This document shows, in pieces, positions 27,501 through 39,176 of a DNA stretch of 64,000 nt. Both the position numbers and the translations under genes were made by a program. Below the pieces are notes generated by a model. It was given only the letters and a program-made list of their open reading frames with translations, was not told where the DNA came from and ran no database searches. Position 1 is the first letter of the stretch. Every line of letters starts with the position of its first letter. Source of the DNA: Macrostomum hystrix (Eukaryota; Animalia; Platyhelminthes); assembly GCA_950097015.1 (NCBI GenBank), contig CATNEN010000033.1:1922001-1986000 (forward strand). Direction: 5' to 3'.

Positions 27501-27861
27501 ATTCGCATGATAATTTGGAGCTAGCAGCTTTTAGTTTGTGAATCTGGCGGCTTGATGAATTTCAAACTTCTTTCAGAGTCTTTCAGTGTGAAAGTGACCC
27601 GCACATTGTGCCCCTTGAGTAGTGTACATGAAGTTCGCCTGAGTCATGCAAGCACTGCTAGCCAATTGTGGGTCGACAGAACAGAGCACTGCACAATGGC
27701 AATTCGCACTCAAACAATAAAAATGACAGTCTCTATTCAAAGAGACGAGTCCAATGCCAGACCAACTCAACAGCCGGCCACACTTGGTTTTGCAAAAATC
27801 TTCTTTCGCGGCGCATCCAACAACATTCAGTGCTTCCTTTCGAATGAAATTTTGTTAGAAA

Positions 27862-30800
27862 ATGACTGCAAACAGCAGAGGCAATTTGCTTCTCCTAGTT
27901 CTGGTCCAGATTTCCAACTGCTTCTGTTGGGCAGGTAAATGTGATTAACATTCTACTGCATGCTTTTTAATCATCACTAGAAGGTGAGCTCTTTAGTTCT
28001 CGAGTGAGTTCATGAGTTAATAATTGAGTCATTGAGCTATATCTATTTCGTTTTCCAGTTTGTTTCTGTTGCAAGGCGGTTCGTAGCCTGATGATTAGAC
28101 TCAGAAGGTTGGGGGTTCGATTCCCGACTCCACTGGAACAAGTTGAGTCGTTAAGCAAGAAGCTTAACCTTTAGCAATTCACCCAGCTGTTAAATGGGTG
28201 CAAGCATTAGCTGGGGTGGGTTTGGCGTCCCCCCAGTCCATGGACTGAACAGCCGTACGCAGCCTTCAGATGCGCCGCACGATAGCTGCGACTGTGCTGT
28301 CGGCTGCACATCTGGCCCAGTTTGGGCAGGTGTGATCAATTATGATAATTATTATTTTTTTTGTAGCAGACCCTTGGCCGCCGTTCGGTTTTATGTGCAA
28401 CAGCAGTGAGACATTGCACATCATCTGGCCTGTTCGATCCAATGAAAGCAGCGGCAATGCTGGCAGAAATGCTGGATTTCGGGTCTGTCTAAGCTATTAC
28501 AACAGCTATGCCGATCACTGGCACCTCATTGTACTAACCAGCTCAACCATGGTGAGGGCTTGTTTTGTTTGCAGTTTGTCAGAGACTTGCGAGATCCCGT
28601 AAAATGATACTCGAAAAACGAGCTGCTGTAGATCTATGAGGTGGAAGCTGTAGATCAATGAGGAGGAAGCTGTAGATCTATGAGGTGGAAGCTGTAGATC
28701 AATGAGGAGGAAGCTGTAGATCAATGAGGTGGAAGTTGTAGATCAATGAGGAGGAAGCTGTAGATCTATGAGGAGGAAGCTGTAGATCAATGAGGAGGAA
28801 GCTGTAGATCTATGAGGTGGAAGCTGTAGATCAATGAGGAGGAAGCTGTAGATCAATGAGGAGGAAGCTGTAGATCAATGAGGAGGAAGCTGTAGATCTA
28901 TGAGGAGGAAGCTGTAGATCAATGAGGAGGAAGCTGTAGATAAATGAGGTGGAAGCTGTAGATCAATGAGGAGGAAGCTGTAGATCAATGAGGAGGAAGC
29001 GGTAGATCTATGAGGAGGAAGCTGTAGATAAATGAGGTGCAAGCTGTAGATCAATGAGGTGGAAGCTGTAGATCAATGAGGAGGAAGCTGTAGATCAATG
29101 AGGTGGAAGTTGTAGATCAATGAGGAGGAAGCTGTAGATCAATGAGGAGGAAGCTGTAGATCAATGAGGAGGAAGCTGTAGATCTATGAGGTGGAAGCTG
29201 TAGATCAATGAGGAGGAAGCTGTAGATCAATGAGGAGAAAGCTGTAGATCAATGAGGAGGAAGCTGTAGATCAATGAGGTGGAAGCTGTAGATCAATGAG
29301 GAGGAAGCTGTAGATCAATGAGGAGGAAGCTGTAGATCAATGAGGAGGAAGCTGTAGATCAATGAGGAGGAAGCGGTAGATCTATGAGGAGGAAGCTGTA
29401 GATCAATGAGGTGGAAGCTGTAGATCAATGAGGAGGAAGCTGTAGATCAATGAGGTGGAAGCTGTAGATCAATGAGGAGGAAGCTGTAGATCAATGAGGA
29501 GGAAGCTGTAGATCAATGAGGTGGAAGCTGTAGATCAATGAGGAGGAAGCTGTAGATCTATGAGGAGGAAGCTGTAGATCTATGAGGAGGAAGCTGTAGA
29601 TCAATGAGGAGGAAGCTGTAGATCTATGAGGAGGAAGCTGTAGATCAATGAGGAGGAAGCTGTAGATCTATGAGGAGGAAGCTGTAGATCAATGAGGAGG
29701 AAGCTGTAGATTTATGAGGAGGAAGCTGTAGATCTATGAGGAGGTCCAATTAGTTAAGAATCCACTAGAATACATTAGTGAGGTGCAACATTTCTGCTTT
29801 GCTGCTTGCTTCAAGTAACCATGCTGATACTTCAGTCTACTTTAAGTTCATTGAATGGAACGCTGCAGCATGTGGCATTCAAGATCCCGTCAGAGTACAT
29901 GCGGTGCCAGTTCTTTTACAGCTGGAAGGTTAGTCCAACTGTCGATGTACTTTTGAGTATTAGATGTACAAGGGGTGCGCTCTCTGTAACTACTGTAAAT
30001 ACCGCTTGTACTTAAATCGCAGATCCAGCCGATTACACCGAAACAAATTCCTTCTTTGCTTCGCTCACCTGCTGGTGATTCGACAGAAAACTGTGCGACT
30101 TCCACACCTGCGCAGCAGTGCGAAATCGAACGTGGGTTTGCCTTAACCTTTTATAAACTGCTGTCTAAGTACACTAATTTCCCATTTTCCTCCACAGCAT
30201 TTTCTTCTTCTTCACCACCGCATTCCCTTCTTCCTCACCGCATTCCCCTCTTCCTCACCACCGCATTCCCTTCTTCCTCGCCACCGCATTCCCTTCTTCC
30301 TCACCACCGCATTCCCTTCTTCCTCGCCACCGCATTCCCTTCTTCCTCGCCACCGCATTCCCCTCTTCCTCACTACCGCATTCCCTTCTTCCTCGCCATC
30401 GCATTCCCCTCTTCCTCACCACCGCATTCCTTTCTTCCTCGCCACCGCATTCCCCTATTCCTTACCACCGCATTCCCTTCTTCCTCGCCACCGCATTCCC
30501 CTATTCCTCACGGCATTCCCTTCTTCCTCGCCACCGCATTCCCCTATTCCTTACCACCGCATTCCCTTCTGCCTCACCACCGCATTTCCCTCTTCCTCAC
30601 CATCGCATTTCCCTCTTCCTCACCGCATTCCCTTCATCCTCGCCACCGCATTCCCCTCTTCCTCACTACCGCATTCCCTTCTTCCTCGCCATCGCATTCC
30701 CCTCTTCCTCCCCGCATTCCCTTCATCCTCGCCACCGCATTCCCCTCTTCCTCACTACCGCATTCCCTTCTTCCTCGCCATCGCATTCCCCCTCTTCCTC

Positions 30801-32564
30801 ACCACCGCATTCCCTTCTTCCTCACCACCGCATTCCCTTCTTCCTCACCACCGTATTCCGCTCTTCCTCACCACCGCATTCCCTTCTTCCTCGCCACCGC
30901 ATTCCCCTCTTCCTCACTACCGCATTCCCTTCTTCCTCGCCATCGCATTCCCCTCTTCCTCATCACCGCATTCCCTTCTTCCTCACCACCGCATTCTCTT
31001 CTTCCTCACCACCGTATTCCGCTCTTCCTCACCACCGCATTCCCTTCTTCCTCGCCACCGCATTCCCCTATTCCTCACGGCATTTCCTTCTTCCTCGCCA
31101 CCGCATTCCCCTATTCCTTACCACCGCATTCCCTTCTTCCTCGCCACCGCATTCCCCTATTCCTTACCACCGCATTCCCTTCTGCCTCACCACCGCATTT
31201 CCCTCTTCCTCACCATCGCATTTCCCTCTTCCTCACCGCATTCCCTTCATCCTCGCCACCGCATTCCCCTCTTCCTCACTACCGCATTCCCTTCTTCCTC
31301 GCCATCGCATTCCCCTCTTCCTCCCCGCATTCCCTTCATCCTCGCCACCGCATTCCCCTCTTCCTCACTACCGCATTCCCTTCTTCCTCGCCATCGCATT
31401 CCCCTCTTCCTCACCACCGCATTCCCTTCTTCCTCACCACCGCATTCCCTTCTTCCTCACCACCGTATTCCGCTCTTCCTCACCACCGCATTCCCTTCTT
31501 CCTCGCCACCGCATTCCCCTCTTCCTCACTACCGCATTCCCTTCTTCCTCGCCATCGCATTCCCCTCTTCCTCATCACCGCATTCCCTTCTTCCTCACCA
31601 CCGCATTCTCTTCTTCCTCACCACCGTATTCCGCTCTTCCTCACCACCGCATTCCCTTCTTCCTCGCCACCGCATTCCCCTATTCCTCACCACCGCATTC
31701 CCTTTTTCCTCGCCACCGCATTCCCCTATTCCTCACCACCGCATTCCCTTCTTCCTCGCCACCGCATTCCCCTCTTCCTCACTACCGCATTCCCCTATTC
31801 CTCACCACCGCATTCCCTTCTTCCTCGCCACCGCATTCCCCTCTTCCTCACTACCGCATTCCCCTATTCCTCACCACCGCATTCCCTTCTTCCTCACCAC
31901 CGTATTCCCCTCTTCCTCACCACCGCATTCCCCTCTACACCTCCTCCCGATTTGGTTCCTTGTTACGAGTACATGTTTATCCCTGCGGCTCTTTTCCCAT
32001 TCATTCCGGCCATCTTAATTCAGTCGCTACATTTTTATCCGCCTTAACCCTCCTCTGCCGAATCGGCACGCAGTGGGCAGGCACAGGGGCTGCCCAGGCT
32101 GGCGTCCATCGCAGAGCAATACCCTGGACTGCCAGCCCGACCTGTCGGATCGCTCGGCTGCCAGCTACAGCTCTCTATTTGGTCGATTGTGCCGCAGTCG
32201 CAGTGCCAGCACCGTGGCTTGGTTTGCTCCAGTCGCAGCCGTGGCAGGCTGCATTCTGATAGCAGCTGCTGGGCTAGCCCTGGCTCGCGTGTTGGCAAGG
32301 CGAGAATCGAAGCGAATCAGCAAGCGCATTGCTAATGCATCACGGCCTACTGACGCTGCTAATAGCTCAGTGACCTCGCCCGCGTCCATCTTCAACCTGC
32401 TCTCTGACGGGGCCAAACTGCGCAGAGTTGTTGAGAATTACATCTGGAGAAGTCCACAGTTCATGATGAAACCGCTGCAGCAGCGGCTGGAGCAGCAGAG
32501 AACTACAAGATTTTCTTTTTTGCTGACTAATCCTGACACGGGCGAACTCTTAATGCAAGTTTGA
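27862..32564 (+). CDS. Orphan type I membrane protein, 5 exons (27862-27934, 28367-28551, 29836-29928, 30023-30131, 32074-32564), about 316 aa
   Basis: All four introns are GT..AG with compatible phases (1,0,0,1). Signal peptide MTANSRGNLLLLVLVQISNCFCWA, Cys-containing ectodomain, TM segment AVAGCILIAAAGLALARVL, cytoplasmic tail ending ..ELLMQV. Confidence 0.7.
28075..28358 (+). mobile_element. tRNA-derived SINE, family 2 (CORE-like central domain), in intron 1 of the membrane-protein gene
   Basis: B box GGTTCGATTCC, then GCAAG..CTTAAC..CACCCAGCTGTTAAATGGG resembling the CORE-SINE domain, internal palindrome CAGTCCATGGACTG, ATT tail. Other copies at 45225, 50620 and 54064. Confidence 0.75.
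28625..29745 (+). repeat. Intronic 22-bp minisatellite (GAGGAGGAAGCTGTAGATCAAT), about 50 copies
   Basis: Directly visible tandem array inside intron 2 of the 27862-32564 gene. Confidence 0.97.
30190..31940 (+). repeat. Intronic ~23-bp pyrimidine-rich minisatellite (ACCACCGCATTCCCTTCTTCCTC) with ~610-bp higher-order repeat
   Basis: Tandem array inside intron 4. Variant CCGTATTCCGCTC recurs near 30851/31463 and 31014/31624. Confidence 0.96.
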
Positions 32565-33272
32565 GCATTCTCGATTGTTTTTAAACACTTCTATAGCCTT
32601 TATTTGCACAATTTTTGCACCTTTGATTCTACAGCATAAAAATGGAGTTGCGATTTATACTTATAGTGAGAACAACCCGAATGTGCAAAAAATGTAGCAA
32701 ATGCAACGATGCAACAATAATGCAACAAATAATGGTATGCAGTGAATTGTATATATTTATGTCAGGCAATAGTCTAGTGGCCCTTAATCCCACCGGCGTG
32801 CTACGTAAGCCCTAAACTTAAAGCGCAGAATCTTTGACATCCGTCGTATTTAACTGAAAATTTTATTTTCCTTTTTTTAATATTGTGCACCTTTTCGGAT
32901 TGAAAAAACTGTGTTACAATTAAATAGTGTCACACTTAACATAACAAGCACGTCTTCTAACAGAATATTACAGCTATATTTTGTAAAATATAAGTTTTAA
33001 TAATCTGTAACTGTAATCTGTAATATTCTCTTCTATGCATCTTCTCACAACTAATAGTTCTGTCTATGGAGCTGTGTTGCCTCATAATTTCAAGGGCGCC
33101 ACAAGCATGATCCATAGACTAAAGTAGCGGGCACGGAATGCATTCCTGCCCGCGTCTAAATCATTCCTTCCCGGCACTTTAGTCCATGGAAAACTGAGAT
33201 TTTACTCTATTTTTTTAAGAAGCCGAGAGAATTCGGAGGGAGAGAATATAATTCAGGAGCGTTAACCTGAAA

Positions 33273-34065
33273 ATGATTAACTTTCAAAGAATTGCCACTG
33301 GCGATATTAGTGGCTTGGATAGTGCTGAGTTGGAGTGCGCCGAGGCGACGATCGATCAGTGGTCGGGACTGCCAATCCTGGACCTCAATGAGGTGGAGAC
33401 AAATCTGACGGATCTACGGGATCCGGAAGTTTCGTATCGTGACTTGGATGTGCAAGAGCTAGAGGACATCAAACGGCTTGAGCAATCGTCCAAGTCACCA
33501 TCCACCGTAGCGACTACTAAGAATCACGTTGATCGGTTAAAGAAATTTCTTCGAGAGAAAAACCTGCCTGACGACATCGAGAGCATGCCATTGCGCTACT
33601 TAGACGGCTATCTTCGCCTATGGTATGTTAGTCTGCGAGCGAATCCTGCGCTTGGAACGAAGACCTATGCACCGGATACGATTCGTGGCTTTCGGGCAAG
33701 CATTCAGCGATTTGTAAAGGAGACACGTGCCATTGATGTCATTGGCAACGAAGTATTCCGGCTGAGCAACGAAACCTATTCGTGTGTTCTGCGCCTTAGT
33801 TGGCCAGCTACGAGAGTGAACTTCGGGCGAACAGCCTGGATTCAGCGCGATCACGGATTCCGACATGGCCCTTCTGAAATAATATTTCACTGGACGGGAT
33901 CCAGTGCGGCTTCAGGATGAAGTGTTTTTTAATATCGTCTACCATTTCGGATTTCGAGGTCGTGAATGGATTAGGGATATGAAGTTGTCTTCACTGCAAT
34001 TCTCTGTGGTCAATAATGTGAGGTGCATTGACATGATCCAAACTGGTCGGGAGACGATTCTAATG
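33273..34065 (+). pseudogene. Crypton-type (DUF3504-like) tyrosine recombinase, fragment 1: N-terminus to first catalytic Arg
   Basis: KSPSTVATTKNHVDRLKKFLREK..YLDGYLRLWY..YAPDTIRGFRASIQRF, then after a frameshift and two stops RLQDEVFFNIVYHFGFRGREW. The C-terminal half is missing. Confidence 0.8.
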
Positions 34066-34313
34066 GCCGTGCGGCTCGCGAAATCATGGGACAACAAATT
34101 CCGCAATTAATTAGATTTATTTTACGAGCGAATTTCATATAGAACCAGCAAAAACTTCAGTACCAACAACTAAAAACCTTTCCATTCACTTCACTCACTG
34201 CTCGGCTTAAAAATATACTTCAAGAAATACAAATATCAACTTCAACAAAGCAAACCTTCACTCCAAATTTACAATTGTTTCTAACATAGTAAATGTACAG
34301 TCTGTCTGATCGC

Positions 34314-35195
34314 TCACTTCTTGGGGGTGATGTTGAAGGTACAATTTTCGTACTTGCAGTTGGCAAAGAAATTAGGTGCTTCGCCAACTGGATTGCTAAT
34401 AGCGATCATGCAGCTTGAGACAGAATTCGCACCAGAATCAGTGGCAGAAGCAGCTGATGTAGTACTGCAAGCGAGCGCTGGGTGGCCAACCGGCTGAGTA
34501 AAGGATGGTAAAGCCAATCGACGACTCATGGCTTGAGAAAGTTCCACTTTCTTCGAAAACTTGATTCTCTTGGTGTAACGATCTACACTCTCAGCCCGCT
34601 TGTGTCCCGTTACGACTTGAATGTCGGATGTGCTTACACCATCCTCAAACAGGTTTGACAACAGATGCTCGAATGTAATGGTTTGTATGACTGCGGCTGC
34701 CAAGTCCGGCTAGATCACAAAGCCGCTTCATGAAATCATTCAGTGAATTCTTACCTAGCACGAGTGTCTTGTGGTACCAGTAGCCATCGTTGTCAGCACG
34801 ATTCAGTGGCTTCGGCCAGAGACATTCAACGCCAGGTGGAATGGTAGATAGGTAGAATTCAACGGCACAATCGACCAAATAGAGAGCTGTAGCTGGCAGC
34901 CGAGCGACGCTGGGTCGCCTGGAGTCTCCACCAGGACTATGCACTTGGATGTCAATGGGTTGTCGGCCGACACAGTCTTCTCAACAGATGACTTGATGAG
35001 ATCGACGTACCTCACACCATAAAACTCGCAAATCTTCACGTCGTTATTTGTCAGTCCACGAAGCCATTCCTGCCGCGAATTCCGAATCCGTAGCACAATT
35101 TGAACAGCACCTCCATCTGTAGCCTATTTGGAGTAGACCGATCAAAGTAACGCGCGTTGGCGATTGAAATCAGCGTCTTCAATAGTATACCGACT
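34314..35195 (-). pseudogene. Crypton-type tyrosine recombinase, fragment 2: catalytic half, several frameshifts
   Basis: YFDRSTPNRLQMEVLF..GIRGR, WYHKTLVLGKNSL, TNHYIRAS (HxxR), VTGHK..VDRY, C-terminal NCTFN. Confidence 0.82.
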
Positions 35196-35203
35196 CGATA
35201 TTT

Positions 35204-36028
35204 ATGTCACTATCTTGGAGCACACACGAATTGGAGCCTGAAGATTTGGCGTTGTTGCATGCGTACTTTGACCGGAGCTCGCCACAGAAACTGCAACAGG
35301 AAGTCTTCTTTGTCCTGAGCTCGCACTTTGCCTTTCGTGGACGTGAATGGAATCGAGCGCTTGAGAAAAAAGATGTCATTCTGCGGGAATCCACCGGAGG
35401 TATGACGTGCGTTGACTTGCAGAAAGAAAAGAAAGAAAAGTGTGTGTCCGCCGATGCCCCTCGGTCCAATCGGGAGATTGGGATTTTTCCTGTGCAAGAC
35501 AAATCTGTGTGCCCAGTTGAAGGGATCAAACTGTATCTTTCGAAGCTTCCATCTGAGAACGGCTCTCTGTTTCCCAGGCCTGCCGTCAAGTGGCAGAATG
35601 GAGCATGGTATTGCCCAAAGGATGTATTGCGCAAGAACACATTGGCCAGCATGATGAAGACAATCTCGAAAGCGGCCAGGCTCTCGCGGGACTACACCAA
35701 CCATTCGATCCGCGCAACAACCATAACAAACCTGTCCTCTGCTAGATTCAGTGCCGAAGTGATTCAAACCATCTCTGGGCACAAAAAGGTGGATAGTGTT
35801 GTCCGTTATACAAAGCGGACAACGGTGGCCCAGAAGCGCGCATTGTCTTCGGCTATCACAGATAGTCTACATGCCTCTACGTCGAGCGTGGTCAGTCATC
35901 AAGCACAAGCACTCTGCGAAAAGTCATCCAGCGTTCCAACTGCCGTCACAACTATTGGCCTGCCTGATAAATCCGGCCCGACGATCGTCTTGGAGAAGAA
36001 CGGGGCTAAATGTTACGTTTATATGTGA
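35204..36028 (+). CDS. Crypton-type tyrosine recombinase, fragment 3: uninterrupted catalytic domain lacking the N-terminal domain (274 aa)
   Basis: One open frame with FRGREW (R), CPV, WY, NHSIRAT (HxxR), SGHK (H) and VVRY (Y). Confidence 0.85.
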   Translation: MSLSWSTHELEPEDLALLHAYFDRSSPQKLQQEVFFVLSSHFAFRGREWNRALEKKDVILRESTGGMTCVDLQKEKKEKCVSADAPRSNREIGIFPVQDKSVCPVEGIKLYLSKLPSENGSLFPRPAVKWQNGAWYCPKDVLRKNTLASMMKTISKAARLSRDYTNHSIRATTITNLSSARFSAEVIQTISGHKKVDSVVRYTKRTTVAQKRALSSAITDSLHASTSSVVSHQAQALCEKSSSVPTAVTTIGLPDKSGPTIVLEKNGAKCYVYM

Positions 36029-36182
36029 GTGCAAAAAGGTCGCTTTGCGAAATTAGACTTTGGCTCTGGACTCTAACTGCTTTGCTTGATGTTTTGTTTA
36101 TTTTGTTGAAATACGTTGAAATACACAATAATCCATTATCGGCCCAACTTTTCGGGCCAAAATGACATCGTCTATGGCAATA

Positions 36183-36818
36183 ATCGAATATCAGCCCGAT
36201 AGCCACGTAGTCATGGTACAATTGCACAATATTTGGGTGTAGTAGAAACGCTTTTCTTCTGATCCAGTGCCTTGACAAGCATCGCCTTGTAGGTTCTGTC
36301 AAATGAAACAAATTGATCGTTGCCTATTATCTTCAGATCACGCTTCTCCAGAAAGTACCGATGCATTGATGCACGGAAGCAAACCAAACTGCTGAAAGCA
36401 TAGGTCTTTCCATCGGCAGTCTTCAGTTGGACGAAGAACAGCCGCAAGTACGAGCACAGCTGTACCTAATTGGCATGCTCTCGATGTTGGTTGGCAGTCT
36501 CTCATCTGCTAAAAACGTTTTAAACCTTTGAATGTGTTGTTCCGTCTGCTTGGTGGTAGACTGACGCTTGCTGTCCTCCTCCACCTGTTGTAGACACTCT
36601 TGTTCATTAGAGGTCAACTCACGCAGCAGAGAAATGTCTCCAACCTTAGATGGATCACGGAGTTCCTCGTCGATGAAGTTCTCTTGATTCGCAGTAAGAC
36701 CCGTCCACTGCCCGATTGGGGTAGAATCCTCGCGGTTTACAAGACGGGTGACAAAATCCAGCTCTCCGGCAGTCAAACCGCTTATTTCGTTTTCGCGAAT
36801 CCAATCGTAGCGCAGCAT
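36183..36818 (-). pseudogene. Crypton-type tyrosine recombinase, fragment 4: N-terminal half, two frameshifts
   Basis: SKRQSTTKQTEQHIQRFKTFL..NIESMPIRY / LRLFFVQLKTADGKTYAFSSLVCFRASMHRYF..IIGNDQF / AIVP-DYVAIGLIFD is homologous to fragment 1. It stops at the GTCTATGGCAATAA motif near 36180. Confidence 0.8.
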
Positions 36819-39176
36819 AGCTCGAAATACAAAAACAAGAAAGCAATAGTAAAGAAAATCTCAGCACGCATGCAAGCTAATATAATATTTAAATTAGACT
36901 CTCTCTGCTCTTCCTCGAGAAATTTCTTGCTTTTATTTGTCTATGGTTAGAATATGTCTATGGCATAGTCTATGTCTATGGCCCCTGCACCCCAAATTAG
37001 CTAAACCAAACTATACAGTACGCAGAAATATAGTTAAAGTCGCTTGTATGAGTTTTTACCATAGACATTGACAGCGGGCGCGACAGTGGGCACGAAATGA
37101 AGTCAATGCATTGAATTGAAGGCGTTTTTGCCATAGACAGTTGCAGCGGGCGCATAATTTCATTTCGTGACCGCTGCTGGGGCTGGCTCTGTTATGCTAT
37201 AATAATCACCTATAATAATATGGATAGGCTGCTTAGGGCAGAAATTAGCGAAACGGTCGAGGCGCGTAGCATATTACTCGTACGCTTTGATACTCGGAAT
37301 TTGAGTCTAATTAAAGCATGGATTGACATTTCCGACATGTTAAAAAGAAAGAAGGCGAAACATGTTTAGTAATAAAGAGAGCAAAAAGAGCTCACTGTTG
37401 AATTATAAATATGATAAAAGACACATAGAACTATATTTTAAGTCTTCGAATCTCACAAACCAATTTTACAGATAGTCATATTTAGTTAGGTCTGATTCAA
37501 TCCGGAAAAGTTATTTTCGCACAAATTTGAAACAGATGTAGGGTACAAAAAGGCTTCTGAAACTCAATGTACTTAGCTTAACTTATACTTAACTTACGTA
37601 TATGGTAAAGTGGGTGCTTGCCTGGGCATAAAATTACAAATACTACTAATACCAATCCTAATCCGAATCCTAATATTAATTCACAGTACTATTGGTCCGC
37701 ACAAATATAACTAGGCCTATTGACATAACTCTTTAGCTCCAATAAATATAGGCCTGCATTGTTATAAAATATAAAATAAACTGTCCTAATTTTTTACATT
37801 AATAAATCAATGAATATGTAATAATTTTTTGTTATAGGGTAAACATATAAATCTTAGTGGTGCTGCATGTTAAAGTTGGAAATTGAAATGGATTGTGTGG
37901 CATAAAAATGTTTTTTTATCTGAGTCAAGAAATAGTTCTGTACAAAATAGTATAGTTATAGATTCCAAATGTTTATAGCTAAATAGCACTTAAAGCAATC
38001 CTGAAGATTCCCACATTATTTTTTATACACTTTTACAGACATTCCAACCATAGAATCATGGTTGGGCCACTAACTATCAAACAAGCTGAACTGAACTTTT
38101 TAATCTAAAAGTTGGATATAATTTTGCATCCTGTATCTGTTTTTAGAATGCTGTTTCTAGACCAAGATGCACTGTGGCCAACCCAAGTTTGCCAATAGCC
38201 TACCTTCCCTTGTCTGTAGCAAAACAGTTTTATTTAGGTAATAAAATATGTTCTTTATTATCAAATGTTTCTTGTATTTTTATGCTGTTTGCATTTTAAA
38301 TTTTCCTATATTGTTCTTTTAATTTCCTAATGCAATTTTTGCATACTCATTTAAAGCACATTTAAGGATGTGCTTTTCACTTTCAATGCACAAAATCAGA
38401 GTTGAACTGGTGAGATCAAATAGGCAAATATAGGCTGCTATGAAATAGAATCAATTGTGAGCACTGCCTTATGTCCTATCAAAAGTGGGCTAGTTGAGAC
38501 TATCTAGATGGTGTCTGTTGGATCTATACTTGTTGCCAACAATGGTCAATTATGTGCAGTTCCTTCTTCTAAGGCAGTCACATGACACTTGTTCAGTTGA
38601 TTGACATGATATATTTCTGGTGAACTAATAGCTCCTTGTCCACAATGGTTGAAGTTGAAAAGGCACTATATAGTTATTATATTTCTAATTGTTTGAGTAT
38701 ATTCTTAATTCAATGGTGCATGAAAAATAAGAATATTTAGGTCTGTTTTATATTTTTAGCCCCTTTACTCTGACTAGATATATATGGACTTAATTGGGAT
38801 CCTGTATTTATTGTTTGAATTGGTCCAATTACATTATGTTGTAGTCTATTGTGAATTTTATGCAGTCTGTGTAATTCACCAACAATCATATCTAAAATTA
38901 AACATTTAATTTAGTTTCAGTACCTAATGTCAATTGTCAATCACAGTATGGTGGAATTGTTGTTAAGTTCTAGTTATTAAATAAATTGATCATATTCTGG
39001 CCAGTACTGGGTCAGGTTTTTTCACCTTAAATCGAGATAAAAACGACTCAGTCTTACTAAGAAACTGGGTACATTTGCCCAGCTTATTGTTGCTGAACCT
39101 AATCTAATAACCACTTTGCACTTGCGAAACTTTCAGCATTCATCAGACTTTGCAGCCTTCTAAGCTGTGGCCGCTA

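Noticed and set aside
20230-27524. Dozens of [15 protein letters not shown] repeat ORFs
   Set aside because: They are translations of a stop-poor 15-bp satellite in overlapping frames, with no splice or domain evidence.
30056-32047. 663-aa Pro/Ser/His/Phe ORF
   Set aside because: Only 30023-30131 is a plausible exon. The rest is read-through into an intronic 23-bp minisatellite.
35198-36234. ATATTT direct repeat as a TSD making fragments 2 and 4 one interrupted gene
   Set aside because: Fragment 4 homology continues past 36229 to about 36183 and overlaps the start of fragment 2 with a different sequence, so the 6-mer is probably coincidental.
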